Origin: an uncultured archaeon
Lineage (GTDB): Archaea > Thermoproteota > Nitrososphaeria_A > Caldarchaeales > Wolframiiraptoraceae
Direction of reading: 5' to 3'
NCBI GenBank assembly: GCA_938083505.1
Contig: CALKCF010000004.1
Location: 64,001 to 128,000 of the forward strand
Length of the DNA: 64,000 nucleotides
Every line of letters starts with the position of its first letter. Positions within the stretch are counted from its first letter, which is position 1. The notes under the pieces were generated by a model that ran no database searches, was not told where the DNA came from, and saw nothing but the letters and a program-made list of their open reading frames with translations. This document shows, piece by piece, positions 10,327-20,789 of the stretch. A program made the position numbers and the translations under genes.

Positions 10327-11034
10327 TTATGAGCTATTGTTCGCTGAATCGCCCATCCTTCTCATGAAATCCCCCATCCAAGAGTTGCCAGCCATCTTGA
10401 CAAAAGCACCCACTTTTTCTATCCTCTGCACAATAATGGCTAGCGGTATTAAAGAGAGAACTACATGGCCTACGTTGTAGGCCGACGTAAGGGCCATGAT
10501 AAGCAAAATCAGCTCTAGCTCGGAGCCTAAACTCAGACCCAGCACCGTCGAGAGCAAGTAGTTAACAAAGATAAGTGACTCGGGCACTAATATCACCAGG
10601 ATTGCGTAGTTCATTGCGCCCATGACACTAACCCTAGTCAAAGTAGCCAATATGGCCATGCGCAGCAGGAGTGAGCCGAAACTACGTTCCTTACGTTTTG
10701 CTAATGTTTTGCAGCCCAGCCATATGCCTGCAAATGTGGAGACAATTGCCAAGAACTTCATGAATGGGCCTATCGGCCAGAGCCATTCTCCCATCGTTAC
10801 AATGGTCAGCACCATCCAATATGTCAGCGACGTTACGAGACCTAACAAGGGCCCGAATGCTAGGAAAGAAAAAATAACAGGAAGCTCCGCCAAATCAAAC
10901 CTAAGGTACGGCAGCGGCGGAAATGGAAAGCTGAGCTTGAGCATTGCGATTGTTGCGGAGATACCTCCGAATACCGCCGCAACGGCCACCAGCAAACTCT
11001 TTGACGGCTCTTCACGTTCCAAGGCTGCCACCAA
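10327..11034 (-). CDS. ECF transporter S component
   Basis: PFPPLPYLRFDLAELP...GP motif and about 6 TM helices. Confidence 0.8.
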   Translation of the reverse strand: MVAALEREEPSKSLLVAVAAVFGGISATIAMLKLSFPFPPLPYLRFDLAELPVIFSFLAFGPLLGLVTSLTYWMVLTIVTMGEWLWPIGPFMKFLAIVSTFAGIWLGCKTLAKRKERSFGSLLLRMAILATLTRVSVMGAMNYAILVILVPESLIFVNYLLSTVLGLSLGSELELILLIMALTSAYNVGHVVLSLIPLAIIVQRIEKVGAFVKMAGNSWMGDFMRRMGDSANNSS

Positions 11035-11111
11035 CTTCTTAAAACATATACTTAAACTTTTACTTAAATTTTAGTTTCTACCAATTTTTGAGTAAAAATT
11101 AATGGGTATTG

Positions 11112-11696
11112 CTAAGTTTTTCTGACGGGTAACATCGTAGGATTCAGGAAGGAGAGTATTTGACTCTTAAAACCATTGTGACCTGCAAGGGCTGCCGTGA
11201 AGAATCCCATAACAAATATCTCGAAAGTCCCTTTCAAAAGTATCGGAGCCCACAGACCCGGCAGAAAAGCTGGCGCTGCTGGTAGGAAAAGCGGTACCAT
11301 TACCACGAACACAAGGTATATCCATAAAGCCTCAGGTAGGAATGCTAGAAGGACTACCGGAATGTAAAGCCAAGTCCTCGAGTCGAGCCATTTCTTAAAG
11401 GCTCTAGAAAGCAAACCTACCATGATTCCCATAATGGCCTTTCCGATACTTGCCGTGATACCTAAAGGGCCAAGATTCCCAAGAGGTCCGAACCATATTG
11501 ACGGAAGGATTCCTGCTATGAAGCCTGTCAAGCCGCCTAGTGCCCAGCCTCCATATATTCCCGCTATGATCGCCGAAAGTAAAGAGAAGTCGAGCGCAAC
11601 TTGCTGAACCATCGTAGGTATGACCGTCAAGGCTGCCAAGGCGTTTCCTAAAGCTCCCATCATGACTGCAAAGGCCCAGTGCCTTGAGTTCAACAC
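11112..11696 (-). CDS. ECF transporter S component
   Basis: MGALGN, LDFS...AGIYGG..GG.TG motif and about 6 TM helices. Confidence 0.75.
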   Translation of the reverse strand: MLNSRHWAFAVMMGALGNALAALTVIPTMVQQVALDFSLLSAIIAGIYGGWALGGLTGFIAGILPSIWFGPLGNLGPLGITASIGKAIMGIMVGLLSRAFKKWLDSRTWLYIPVVLLAFLPEALWIYLVFVVMVPLFLPAAPAFLPGLWAPILLKGTFEIFVMGFFTAALAGHNGFKSQILSFLNPTMLPVRKT

Positions 11697-11745
11697 AAGA
11701 CCGCCCCTTCTTAATTTATTTTATCATGCTTGTTTTGGTTATAAA

Positions 11746-11761
11746 AATTTTACGTAAAATT
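11746..11761. promoter_or_regulatory. Perfect 16-bp palindrome, candidate operator at the ECF-S promoter
   Basis: AATTTTACGTAAAATT directly beside a minus-strand TATA-like TTTTTATAAC. Confidence 0.4.
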
Positions 11762-11781
11762 ATTATGACAATTTTTACAAA

Positions 11782-12108
11782 TTATTGTTTGATTTGTGAA
11801 AACTTATCTAACCGAATGACTTCAATTGTTTTAAGAAGTAGTTCCATAAACCTATCTTGATCCTTAAGCGACAAAACCCTAGACCTTCCAACTTCGTAAA
11901 TTTCTACTATGCCAGCCCCCTCTAGCACCTTTACATGCCTATATGTGGCTGCATAGTCCATTTTCAGGCTCTTGGCGACGGCCTTTATATGGAGCGGCCT
12001 CTTGGTATCAGCCACCATTAGCAGTATTTTTAGCCTTGTCTTATTACCCAGGGCCTCAAAGAGCATGGAAACACGCTCTAACAGCTCTTCAGTAAACAAA
12101 TTTGACAT
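11782..12108 (-). CDS. ArsR-family winged-helix transcriptional regulator
   Basis: FEALGNKTRLKIL...RHVKVLE.AGIV pattern. Confidence 0.88.
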   Translation of the reverse strand: MSNLFTEELLERVSMLFEALGNKTRLKILLMVADTKRPLHIKAVAKSLKMDYAATYRHVKVLEGAGIVEIYEVGRSRVLSLKDQDRFMELLLKTIEVIRLDKFSQIKQ

Positions 12109-12323
12109 TATATACTAACAATCAGAGATTAATATATAAACTTTAAAAACTCGAACTTATGATGTTTATTGCGTTATAGTTTTTTGAGACATTCATAACT
12201 TTGTAACTCTCTTAGAAGCATCTAAAGCTGCTCACAGCTCGTATACTCAGCCTTGGAATAACGAACCGAAGGGCGCTTTACTTAAAAAGCCTTTTAGTAG
12301 GTAACATGTATCGGGTTTGTTGC

Positions 12324-12917
12324 ATGAATAAGGGGCTCTTGGTGGCACTTGAGGGCGTAGACGGTGCGGGCAAGACAACACAGTCGAAAGCCATAGTCAG
12401 ATGGCTTAAGAAAAACGGTTATGCAGCGAAATACACGAGCGAGCCAACATCTGTCGGTGCAGGAAAATTGCTGAGCAAGCCCGGCTTTACAGCATCGCCA
12501 GCTTTGGAGGCACTTCTCTTCGCAGCAGATAGGATAGGGCATGTGAAAAGGGTCATAGAGCCCGGCCTTAGGAAGGGCTACGTGATAGTCTCCGATAGGT
12601 ATACGTACTCTTCGATAGCATACCAAGGTGTTATACTCGGGGATGTTGAGTGGGTAAGGACAATCAATAAGTTTGCGCCAAAACCAGACGTTGCTTTCCT
12701 CTTAGACGTGGAGCCAAGGCTTGCACTCTCTAGGATAAAGAGGCCGAGGAGCAGGTTCGAGAAGCTCGGACTCTTAGAGGCTGTTAGAAAGATATACTTA
12801 GATATGGTGGCGGCTGGCGAGTTGATAGTCGTAGACGGCACGAAGCCGCCGAAGCAAGTTACCGAAGAGCTCTTAGCCAAGCTTAGGCCTTTCTTACCCA
12901 ATCCAAGGTGCAGATAA
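12324..12917 (+). CDS. tmk: Thymidylate (dTMP) kinase
   Basis: EGVDGAGKTTQ, EP, LFAADR and DRY..SS.AYQ. Confidence 0.95.
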   Translation: MNKGLLVALEGVDGAGKTTQSKAIVRWLKKNGYAAKYTSEPTSVGAGKLLSKPGFTASPALEALLFAADRIGHVKRVIEPGLRKGYVIVSDRYTYSSIAYQGVILGDVEWVRTINKFAPKPDVAFLLDVEPRLALSRIKRPRSRFEKLGLLEAVRKIYLDMVAAGELIVVDGTKPPKQVTEELLAKLRPFLPNPRCR

Positions 12918-12919
12918 CT

Positions 12920-13447
12920 ATGAGTAGCATAGGCGAGGTTTACAGAAGGCTTAGGGGGCTTTTGCTTGAGAGGCCCTACAACTTCAGCTGGGTCGATAGC
13001 ATGCTTGCAGCCTGTGGTAGGCCTGTATCGAGATCTCAGATTATGTGGTTATATGAGCAGGGTATAAGGGCACTGCTTAGCCTAACCGAGAGCCCGCTTC
13101 CAAAAGAGTGGTTGGAATCGACAGACCTCCTTTATATGCACGTGCCCATGAAGGACCACGAACCTCCGAGCGTTGAAGACCTCGAGAAGTGCGTCGAGTT
13201 CATACTTTCCAATATCAAGGCTGGCAGGCCAACAGCAGTTCACTGCGCTGCAGGCTTAGGAAGAACTGGGGCGGTCATCGCAGCATACTTCATCACCTCG
13301 GAGAAAATTTATCCGAACGAAGCGATAGAAAAGATCAGAAGACTAAGACCCGGCTCCGTCGAAGCATTGCAGGAGGTTTCGGTGTACGCTTTCGCAGAGA
13401 AGGTATTTAACGAGCTTGAGGACGTGCACCACTCCCATAATCCATAA
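12920..13447 (+). CDS. Dual-specificity protein phosphatase (DUSP23-like)
   Basis: HCAAGLGRT CX5R motif, NFSWV and RRLRPGSVE. Confidence 0.92.
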   Translation: MSSIGEVYRRLRGLLLERPYNFSWVDSMLAACGRPVSRSQIMWLYEQGIRALLSLTESPLPKEWLESTDLLYMHVPMKDHEPPSVEDLEKCVEFILSNIKAGRPTAVHCAAGLGRTGAVIAAYFITSEKIYPNEAIEKIRRLRPGSVEALQEVSVYAFAEKVFNELEDVHHSHNP

Positions 13448-13471
13448 ATATAGCAAAGCCAAATCTTACGA

Positions 13472-13527
13472 GCGATGATGATGTTGAGGTACGCTGAATG
13501 TATGATGAGGGTTGCAGTAGCTGAATA
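13472..13527 (+). ncRNA. C/D-box guide sRNA
   Basis: C ATGATGA 13475-81, 12-nt guide, D' CTGA 13494-97, C' ATGATGA 13502-08, 12-nt guide, D CTGA 13521-24. All boxes match consensus. Confidence 0.9.
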
Positions 13528-13585
13528 ATATAACTATCTATACATAGTACGCTAACGATTAGTTCAGTAATTCGTTAAACTAATT

Positions 13586-15757
13586 TTAAGGAATCTCACT
13601 TAGCTGCTCCTTTATCCTGCGCGCTATCTGCGGCCCTATTCCCGGCACGGACATCAACGACTCGATGTCCGCCTTCTTCAAGTCCTCTATGTTCTTGAAG
13701 CCCCTGCTGTAGAGCGCCCTAGCCCTAACCCTACCTATGCCCTCGAGCCTCGCCAGCGGTATAAGCTCCTCCTTTATCCCGTGCTTTAGCCTCTCAGTCA
13801 TCACACGGAGTGGGTTTATGAAATCCACAGCCTTTATGACGTTCGCTATCTGATGGGCCGAGTAGCAGACCCACTCGGCCTTCTCCCTAAGGGCCGCGAG
13901 GTCGCCCGGCTCGACGCCAAGCTTCTCGTATATGTCACCTTCGCTCACCTCGTTTATCCATGCCTCCAAAACCATCACGTTCTTTAACGCTTCAAGATAT
14001 GCCTCGTAAGCTTCCGGTTCCTCATCGGGGTCTGGCGGTTTGACGAGTAGCTCATCCTTGTACCTCTCGTAGTAGTTTGCAAGCCTCTCGAGCGGAACCC
14101 TGGCCATCGGTATGGACGGAACGTCCGGGGTGATGCAGAGCATCTGAAGGAGTGTTACTGTCGTTATCTCCCTCACCTCTGCCTTCATAGCCTCTATAAG
14201 CCTAACAGCGGTCAGCGGGTCGATGTAAAGTTCCGATACTCTCCTGCCGAGTTTCGTTGCGCTCAACTTACCCTCAACGACCTCCACCATGCCGTGCCTG
14301 TCCAAGAATTCTATGGCCCTCACTATCTTGTCCTTCACGCCTACAACACTATACTGATATCCGAAGAAAGTCTTCTCGAAGAAGCTAATCAGCTCCTTCA
14401 TGCTTTCCGCGGCCCTCGTGGCTATCAATGCCAAAGTCTGAATCCTGATGTGTCTCTCATTCGAAAGCCTAGAATAAATTTTTTCTGGCAACCCGAGTAT
14501 ATACCTGCTGAATATCATCTCGCGCTCCACATCTTTTCTTGCTATGCTGACAGCGTAACCTACATCGTCGTACTTCGGCCTTCCCGCCCTTCCCGAAAAT
14601 TGTTTGTATTCCATAACAGATATATACTGCATACCGTACATCGGCTCGTACCTCCAAAGCTCAGGAATTATCACAGTCCTTGCCGGAAGGTTCACGCCGG
14701 CAGCGAGCGTCGGCGTGGCGCAGAGTATCTTCAGGCACCTGCTCCTGAAGGCCTCCTCAATTATCTGTCTGTGTTTGTAGCCGAGACCGGCATGATGAAA
14801 GGCGCTTCCCCTAACCATAAGCTTGACGAGCCTCTCCGTGAAGCTGGAGCGCTCGCTTTCGCTCATCATCTCCTCAGCGAACCTTCTCAACGTTTCCGCC
14901 TCCTCGTAGCTGATGCACTCTATGTGTCTGCCTAAAGCGGCTGCCGCCTTTTCTGCCAGGCTTTCTGCTTTCCGCCTGGATAGCGCAAATATCAGCGCCT
15001 GTCCGCCTTCCATAACTGTCCAAATAGCCACGTTCAATGTTGGGTCTGGCTCATAGTTCCTCAACTTGATGACGCCGTCGTTGAACTCCAGCTTACCGTC
15101 GAAGTAGACTGCTTCCTTGAGCGGGACCGGCCTCCACTCACTTATCACATAATCGCAACCTAACCAGTCCGCTAACTCTTCGGCGTTCCTTATCGTCGCG
15201 CTGAGCGAAAGGACCTGTGCCTTAGGTGCCATGTTCCTGAGCCTCGTTAGGACGACCTCGAGCGTAGGACCTCTCTCCGGCTCACCTATGACGTGAACTT
15301 CATCGACGATTAATAATGAGACGTCCCTTACCCATTCTGCACCGTGTCTTAGGAGGCTGTCGGCCTTTTCGTTTGTGCAAATTACGACGTCGTAGTCAGC
15401 AAGCCATTTGTCTTCGCTGTCATAGTCACCCGATGTTGCAGCCACCTTTATCCTTCCGCCCTCTCTAGAGGCCAGCAACTCCTTAAACTCGTGTAGCTTC
15501 TCTGACGTCAAGGCTCTGAGCGGTGTAAGGTACATCACCTTGCCGCCTTTTGTGAGGTGAATAGAGGCGGCGAGAATGGCTACTAGGGTCTTTCCACTAG
15601 CAGTCGGTGTCGCCAGTATGAGGTTCTTTCCCTCAAGGACGTTCTTCCTTATCGCATCAACCTGAGGAGGGTATAGCTCCCTTATTCCGGCTTTCAAGAG
15701 GTTTGACTTAAGATAATCTGGTATCGGAAGGTCTGTTATGAGCATGGATGGCACCAA
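13586..15757 (-). CDS. hel308: Hel308/Hjm (Ski2-like) SF2 DNA helicase
   Basis: PTASGKT, DEVH, SAT, FHHAGL, TLAAGVNLP, GRAGRP and C-terminal HhH (GIGRVRAR). Confidence 0.93.
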   Translation of the reverse strand: MVPSMLITDLPIPDYLKSNLLKAGIRELYPPQVDAIRKNVLEGKNLILATPTASGKTLVAILAASIHLTKGGKVMYLTPLRALTSEKLHEFKELLASREGGRIKVAATSGDYDSEDKWLADYDVVICTNEKADSLLRHGAEWVRDVSLLIVDEVHVIGEPERGPTLEVVLTRLRNMAPKAQVLSLSATIRNAEELADWLGCDYVISEWRPVPLKEAVYFDGKLEFNDGVIKLRNYEPDPTLNVAIWTVMEGGQALIFALSRRKAESLAEKAAAALGRHIECISYEEAETLRRFAEEMMSESERSSFTERLVKLMVRGSAFHHAGLGYKHRQIIEEAFRSRCLKILCATPTLAAGVNLPARTVIIPELWRYEPMYGMQYISVMEYKQFSGRAGRPKYDDVGYAVSIARKDVEREMIFSRYILGLPEKIYSRLSNERHIRIQTLALIATRAAESMKELISFFEKTFFGYQYSVVGVKDKIVRAIEFLDRHGMVEVVEGKLSATKLGRRVSELYIDPLTAVRLIEAMKAEVREITTVTLLQMLCITPDVPSIPMARVPLERLANYYERYKDELLVKPPDPDEEPEAYEAYLEALKNVMVLEAWINEVSEGDIYEKLGVEPGDLAALREKAEWVCYSAHQIANVIKAVDFINPLRVMTERLKHGIKEELIPLARLEGIGRVRARALYSRGFKNIEDLKKADIESLMSVPGIGPQIARRIKEQLSEIP

Positions 15758-15761
15758 AATC

Positions 15762-17780
15762 TCATGCGACTTTATAACAACCCGGCTTCGGTGTATAAAC
15801 CTTACCTTCCGTTATCAGCCAGCTCAGTATCCTATTTATCTCGAGCTCGCTCAACCCGTTCTCCAGTAGTGCGGCCTTAAGCTCCTCTTCCTCCGCTACT
15901 CCCTTTCTTTCCTCGAACTCCTTTATCATGTTCAGAACTATTGCAAGCTTATCCCTAACGCTCTTCGGCTTCCCCGTCATAATGACGTCTATGTCCGGCT
16001 TTCCAGTCTTGACATCGATACCAACCTCCTGCAAGCCCCTCTTCATTAAGAGGACTACGGCACCAGCATCCTCCTCCGTCACCTTATCCCTCAGCGCCAC
16101 CCTTGCCCTTGCTTCAGCTAACCTTATCAAGGATTCTAACTGTCTTGCGGTTATCGTGACCGTAGAGGTCTTTTCGTAAACTGACCTCATCTGTAGGTAA
16201 AAATCTTCTAAGATCTTCAGCGCTCCAGGCGTGAGTTCAGGGTTCACCCTTTTTGCATACGCTATGTACTTCTTTAGTATCTCCGGTTTTATCGGCGGCA
16301 CCACGGTAGGGCTACCTGTCGAATGGAGTGCGAGTATATGGGAAGATACTTTCCTATCTTGCTCTACGTTCGGCTCATCCCTCAACACGAATATGAGGTC
16401 GAACCTGGACAGCAAGGTTACTGGCAGGTTAACGTTGTCCGTGAAAGACATATATGGGTCGTACCTACCGAGCGCAGGGTTTGCGGCCGCCAAGATCGAT
16501 GTTCTGGCATTTAGCGTTGCCACTATGCCACCCTTTGCGATGCTCACTGTCTGTTGTGCCATAACTTCATGTAGAGCTACCCTATCTTCAGGTTTCATCT
16601 TATCTATCTCATCTATACAACATACTCCCATGTCAGCTAGGACCGTTGCACCGGCCTCCAGCACCATACCGCCGCCCTGCTCCCTAATGACGGCAGCGGT
16701 CAAGCCAGCGGCCGTTGTACCTCTTCCTGATGTGTATAGACCTCTTGGTGCTATGTTGGCTACATATTGCAGTAGGGCGCTCTTTGCAGTACCTGGATCT
16801 CCGACCAGTAAGATGTTCACGTCGCCCCTGACTTTCACACCATCCGGAAAGACCTTCGTCCTGCCGCCGAAGAGCAGCAGCATTATTGCCTCCTTTACAT
16901 GCTCAAGCCCGTAGATGCTTGGCGCTAACGAGTCTATTATTTTATTGTAGATCAGCGAGTCTTGTGCCATCTGCTTGAACAGCTCTTCCTCCTCCGGAGT
17001 TATTTGGAGGGACTCGGGCTCTTTGCTGACAGTCTCGACCCAGACTGCGTCCAGGTACGACCTGAAAGTCCTTAGGGGTGCATCGCCCGTCCTCTCTTGT
17101 GCTGAAAGCAGTGTGCTAGTTATTAGAACCCTATCTCCCGGCCTTGCCCTATCGACCAAGTCATCTCGTAACCTTACGTCGATAACCCTTGGTAGCTGAC
17201 CAGGTGGTAAATCCTCAGGTTTCTCTTGAACACCGATCACTTGGTAGTCCACGAACTCCGATTCTTCCTGAATGAGGTCAAAAGCTGGTCTCCTTCCCCT
17301 GCACTGGGGGCTTGTGCACCTTTCTGGCTGCCTTAGTCTAGGTGCGTTATTCTGCTCGATTTTATACTTTTCACCGCAGTATCTACACTGAAAGACACCC
17401 CTATCCAACATCGGTTTGACCACAGTCGCCCTTACGACGATACCGTCCACCATTATCAACTTTCCTAGATGCGCGGACCTTATCTCGCGTATTGGTGTGA
17501 TGATTGGTAGGTTATGTACCCTCGCATAGAAGTTCGTTATTTTCGCGGCGTATTCTGGGCCCTCTATTTGGAGCTGCCTGTATGCTGCTCTGCTGAGCAA
17601 TGGTAGGTATTTCAAAGGCTCGTTAACAACTTCATGGGATAATTCTTCGTCGAATGCTATTAAATCGTTAAAGTCGACCGGTATAGACCTCTGGTTTGTG
17701 AGTGCGGCCTTTGCTAGCAGGGCTCTATATTTATCGCTCTTGAACAACTCCACGAGCCTTTCTTCAATCGGAACGCTCAA
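15762..17780 (-). CDS. mcm: Replicative helicase MCM
   Basis: C4 Zn motif, QE.PE.LP.GQLP, GDPGTAKS, CIDEIDKM, LSRFD and TARQLE. Confidence 0.98.
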   Translation of the reverse strand: MSVPIEERLVELFKSDKYRALLAKAALTNQRSIPVDFNDLIAFDEELSHEVVNEPLKYLPLLSRAAYRQLQIEGPEYAAKITNFYARVHNLPIITPIREIRSAHLGKLIMVDGIVVRATVVKPMLDRGVFQCRYCGEKYKIEQNNAPRLRQPERCTSPQCRGRRPAFDLIQEESEFVDYQVIGVQEKPEDLPPGQLPRVIDVRLRDDLVDRARPGDRVLITSTLLSAQERTGDAPLRTFRSYLDAVWVETVSKEPESLQITPEEEELFKQMAQDSLIYNKIIDSLAPSIYGLEHVKEAIMLLLFGGRTKVFPDGVKVRGDVNILLVGDPGTAKSALLQYVANIAPRGLYTSGRGTTAAGLTAAVIREQGGGMVLEAGATVLADMGVCCIDEIDKMKPEDRVALHEVMAQQTVSIAKGGIVATLNARTSILAAANPALGRYDPYMSFTDNVNLPVTLLSRFDLIFVLRDEPNVEQDRKVSSHILALHSTGSPTVVPPIKPEILKKYIAYAKRVNPELTPGALKILEDFYLQMRSVYEKTSTVTITARQLESLIRLAEARARVALRDKVTEEDAGAVVLLMKRGLQEVGIDVKTGKPDIDVIMTGKPKSVRDKLAIVLNMIKEFEERKGVAEEEELKAALLENGLSELEINRILSWLITEGKVYTPKPGCYKVA

Positions 17781-18331
17781 ACTTCAGCACCCCCTTTCGG
17801 GCAGACGTGGTAGACCCATTCGTTAATGAGCCTCATCACCAGCTCAAAGAGTATGTTTTCTTCCGATGTCATCCTGTCGGATGTTGCAAGCTTGACTCTC
17901 TTCGCCGCATATGAAAACAGCTTCAGTAACCTGAGTGAGATTATGTCCATCAACTTCCGCCTGATTTCGTCGGCCTTTTCTTTGTTCGTCTTAGAAGTCT
18001 CCTCTATCAAACTTTTCACCTCCATGTAAAAGTACTTCGGCAACTCCTGGATTTCTGCAATGTTCTTCTCCTTCCACAGAAGCTGTGATAGGTAGTTTAG
18101 GTCGATGGTAGTCTCCGCCCATTTCGCTATGCCTGCCTCAACAAGCTTGTTAGCAACCCACCTCCTGAGCTGTAAAACATTTCCCTGCTTCAGATTCTCC
18201 ATAACGGCACCTGGCACTTCTAACCTTGGCACATCTTTCAGCAAAACTACCTTACAGTAAGCGTTCATGTATTCGAATTCGACCTCTTTTAGCAACTCGC
18301 TGAGGGGCGGAGGCTCTAGGTACGCACTCAT
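17777..18331 (-). CDS. GINS subunit (Gins23-like)
   Basis: Directly upstream of mcm with overlapping stop/start. W.A..L..AG, LPKYFY, R..K and MT.EE motifs. Confidence 0.8.
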   Translation of the reverse strand: MSAYLEPPPLSELLKEVEFEYMNAYCKVVLLKDVPRLEVPGAVMENLKQGNVLQLRRWVANKLVEAGIAKWAETTIDLNYLSQLLWKEKNIAEIQELPKYFYMEVKSLIEETSKTNKEKADEIRRKLMDIISLRLLKLFSYAAKRVKLATSDRMTSEENILFELVMRLINEWVYHVCPKGGAEV

Positions 18332-18486
18332 TTTACATGCAAACATCTGTATTTTGAACATGACTTAAAAAAGGTTAACTTCCAGAGAGTTAGCCGAAAG
18401 TGGAATGAATTACCAGAATATTTGCTCCGTCCCAATTTCTAAATATTTAAAAATAGGCTCCATAGAAGCTAACATGAACAGAAAGC

Positions 18487-19626
18487 ATGATAGACGAGCT
18501 CTTCCTAAATCGGTTAATGGGGTTCGAAGATGCAGGACTGGGGACGCTAGTGTGGCTAATATGGCTTGGCCTTATGATGCTGTTCCTGTTCTACCCTACG
18601 ATGAGTCAGAGGATACAGCTCAGCTATATGTTGAGGGATGTTGAAAGAAAGCTAGCAAGACTTAAGCTAGTTAAGGACGAGGTCAGGGAGAGGACTATAG
18701 AGACCATAAAGAGGGTTGGAAAGCCCGAGAAAGACCCCACACAGGATATAGATAAACTCCTGGAGTTCTTCGTGATAGAGCCTGAATCTATGGACCCATA
18801 CGGCATAGTCTACAAGCTTGAGCACATACTAGAGACCGGTGAGTCGAAGTTTGAGGAGGAAATCAGGAAGCTTAGCCCAGCCGCTGAAGAGTACAAAGTT
18901 AAGACTCTGGCAAACCTAATGGAAGTTGCTAGGACAACCAACTACTTGTACCGTATAGTTAGACACTACTATTTGCTTGGAAAGAAGACATCTAATATTT
19001 ACCTGATACTCCAGCTGCAGATGCTGATACCTCAGCTCATGGAGATAACGGAGGCGTTAAGACTTGCTAGCTATGCGTTTGCTTACGGTCAACCGATAGG
19101 CGATGGTGTTGGTGTGTTGGCAGCGGCTAAGCTAGCATATGGTAAGGAGAAAGTGCGATATGAGATAGTAAAGGATACGACGGTGTCTGAGATAGAATTC
19201 GAGAATAGAAGGGTTCTGATAGTGAGGGCGACCGGTCCAGGAGGAACGGTCGGCAGACCGGGCGAGGGTGTGAAAAGGCTCATCGAAAGAGAGGGGGACA
19301 ACGTGAAGCTAATAATAACGATAGATGCTGGTTTAAGACTTGAGGGCGATGAGTCAGGTAAAATGGTGGAAGGAGTAGGTGTTGCCATCGGAGGGCCTGG
19401 AGTCGATAAGTACAAGATAGAAGAGATAGCGAAGGAAAGGCAAATACCGTTGTATGCCTTCGTTATCTACGAATCGATAGTTGAGGCGATAACGCCGATG
19501 AGGGAGGTGATAGCGAAAGCAGCAGACATAGTTGTCGAGAAGGTAAAAAGCGTTCTATTAGAGAAGGTTCCAGCTGGCTCGACCGCAATAGTTGCTGGAA
19601 TAGGGAACACAGTAGGCATCGGTTAA
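18487..19626 (+). CDS. DUF1512 family protein
   Basis: FF.IEP..MDP.GI, VRHYYL, PIGDG.G and IDA...EG...G...EG.GVAIGG. Confidence 0.85.
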   Translation: MIDELFLNRLMGFEDAGLGTLVWLIWLGLMMLFLFYPTMSQRIQLSYMLRDVERKLARLKLVKDEVRERTIETIKRVGKPEKDPTQDIDKLLEFFVIEPESMDPYGIVYKLEHILETGESKFEEEIRKLSPAAEEYKVKTLANLMEVARTTNYLYRIVRHYYLLGKKTSNIYLILQLQMLIPQLMEITEALRLASYAFAYGQPIGDGVGVLAAAKLAYGKEKVRYEIVKDTTVSEIEFENRRVLIVRATGPGGTVGRPGEGVKRLIEREGDNVKLIITIDAGLRLEGDESGKMVEGVGVAIGGPGVDKYKIEEIAKERQIPLYAFVIYESIVEAITPMREVIAKAADIVVEKVKSVLLEKVPAGSTAIVAGIGNTVGIG

Positions 19627-19679
19627 GCTAAGAAAATGTATAATAAAAAGCATAAAGCCCCAATAGTTGGGTGTGATTA

Positions 19680-19895
19680 ATGGAAAGTTTTCCGTCCTCT
19701 AAAATGATGCTAAGGTATGTACCGCCGCTAACGTTCCTAAAATGTACCTCATGCGGTACGGAGAATTCTCGGACGTTTAAAGAAGAAGATTACGTCTTTA
19801 AGAAGACGAACGAGGCATGTCCCAAGTGTAGCAACAACGAGATGCTGATTGTGGGAATATACGTTAAGGAAAGGGAGAAGAAATCATCAAGTTAA
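19680..19895 (+). CDS. Small zinc-ribbon protein
   Basis: CTSC...R.F...DYVF...CPKC...I.GIY, downstream of DUF1512. Confidence 0.75.
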   Translation: MESFPSSKMMLRYVPPLTFLKCTSCGTENSRTFKEEDYVFKKTNEACPKCSNNEMLIVGIYVKEREKKSSS

Positions 19896-20789
19896 GATCT
19901 TGCAACCATCCTCTTCTACATACACTGTATGCTCTGCTTGCGCCACTGGCTGTCTTTTCTTCTCAATCAACACTGGGTACTTATGTACCCTGCCGGTTTT
20001 GACGAGCTTCTCATGGATGCTTAAAGGATCGGAGACCTTCGAGGCATACAACCATCTTGGCGAATACGGTAGTCCCTTAAAGCTCTCATTTATATACTCG
20101 ACGAGAGCCCTTTCCTCGGGCTTCAACTTCATCACCGGGGCCTTCTTACTATCCAACCTGAATATGGTCGAGGTGTCCGCATTTACTACCTCGCCGGCGG
20201 AGTTCGCGAAGCTTACAAAAGGCTCTATCGCATAGACGGCTCCCTTAGTCACCCTCCTTACGTCCGGTATCGCGATGTTTGGTATAGATGCTCCACCGTG
20301 AAGGTTGTACCTCAATATCTCGTGGCCTGTAAGGTTCTTGATGGGTTTGAACCCAGCCTTCTGTATGGTGTTTTGAATTACGGCACCTATCTCACCCAAC
20401 CTCGTGCCCGCTCTAATGAACTTCACAGCAGCCCGTAATGCTTCTTCGGCCACGGTTACGAGCGGTTGCTTTTCTTTCGAGAGCGACACGCTTACGGCCG
20501 TGTCGACTATGTAGCCGTCAATATGCACACCTAGATCTACTTTGACGAGTGCATTCGGGGGTACTGTGGTTTGGTCGTCTGGTAACGGCGAGTAGTGGGC
20601 TGCGACCTCGTCCACGCAAACGTTGCAAGGAAATGCAGGCTTTCCACCTTCGGATTCTATCATCATCTCAACAGCCTCACAAATCTCTATCAACTTAACA
20701 CCTTCCTTTACTAAGCTGTACGCCCTTTCTTTTACGCGGGCAGCTATCCTTCCGGCTTGGAACAGCAGCTCAAGAACTTCTTCGTTCAT
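19887..20789 (-). CDS. map: Type II methionine aminopeptidase
   Basis: AFP, AAHY, KVD.GVHIDGYIVDTA, NLTGH, AIEPF and QAEHT. Confidence 0.96.
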   Translation of the reverse strand: MNEEVLELLFQAGRIAARVKERAYSLVKEGVKLIEICEAVEMMIESEGGKPAFPCNVCVDEVAAHYSPLPDDQTTVPPNALVKVDLGVHIDGYIVDTAVSVSLSKEKQPLVTVAEEALRAAVKFIRAGTRLGEIGAVIQNTIQKAGFKPIKNLTGHEILRYNLHGGASIPNIAIPDVRRVTKGAVYAIEPFVSFANSAGEVVNADTSTIFRLDSKKAPVMKLKPEERALVEYINESFKGLPYSPRWLYASKVSDPLSIHEKLVKTGRVHKYPVLIEKKRQPVAQAEHTVYVEEDGCKILT

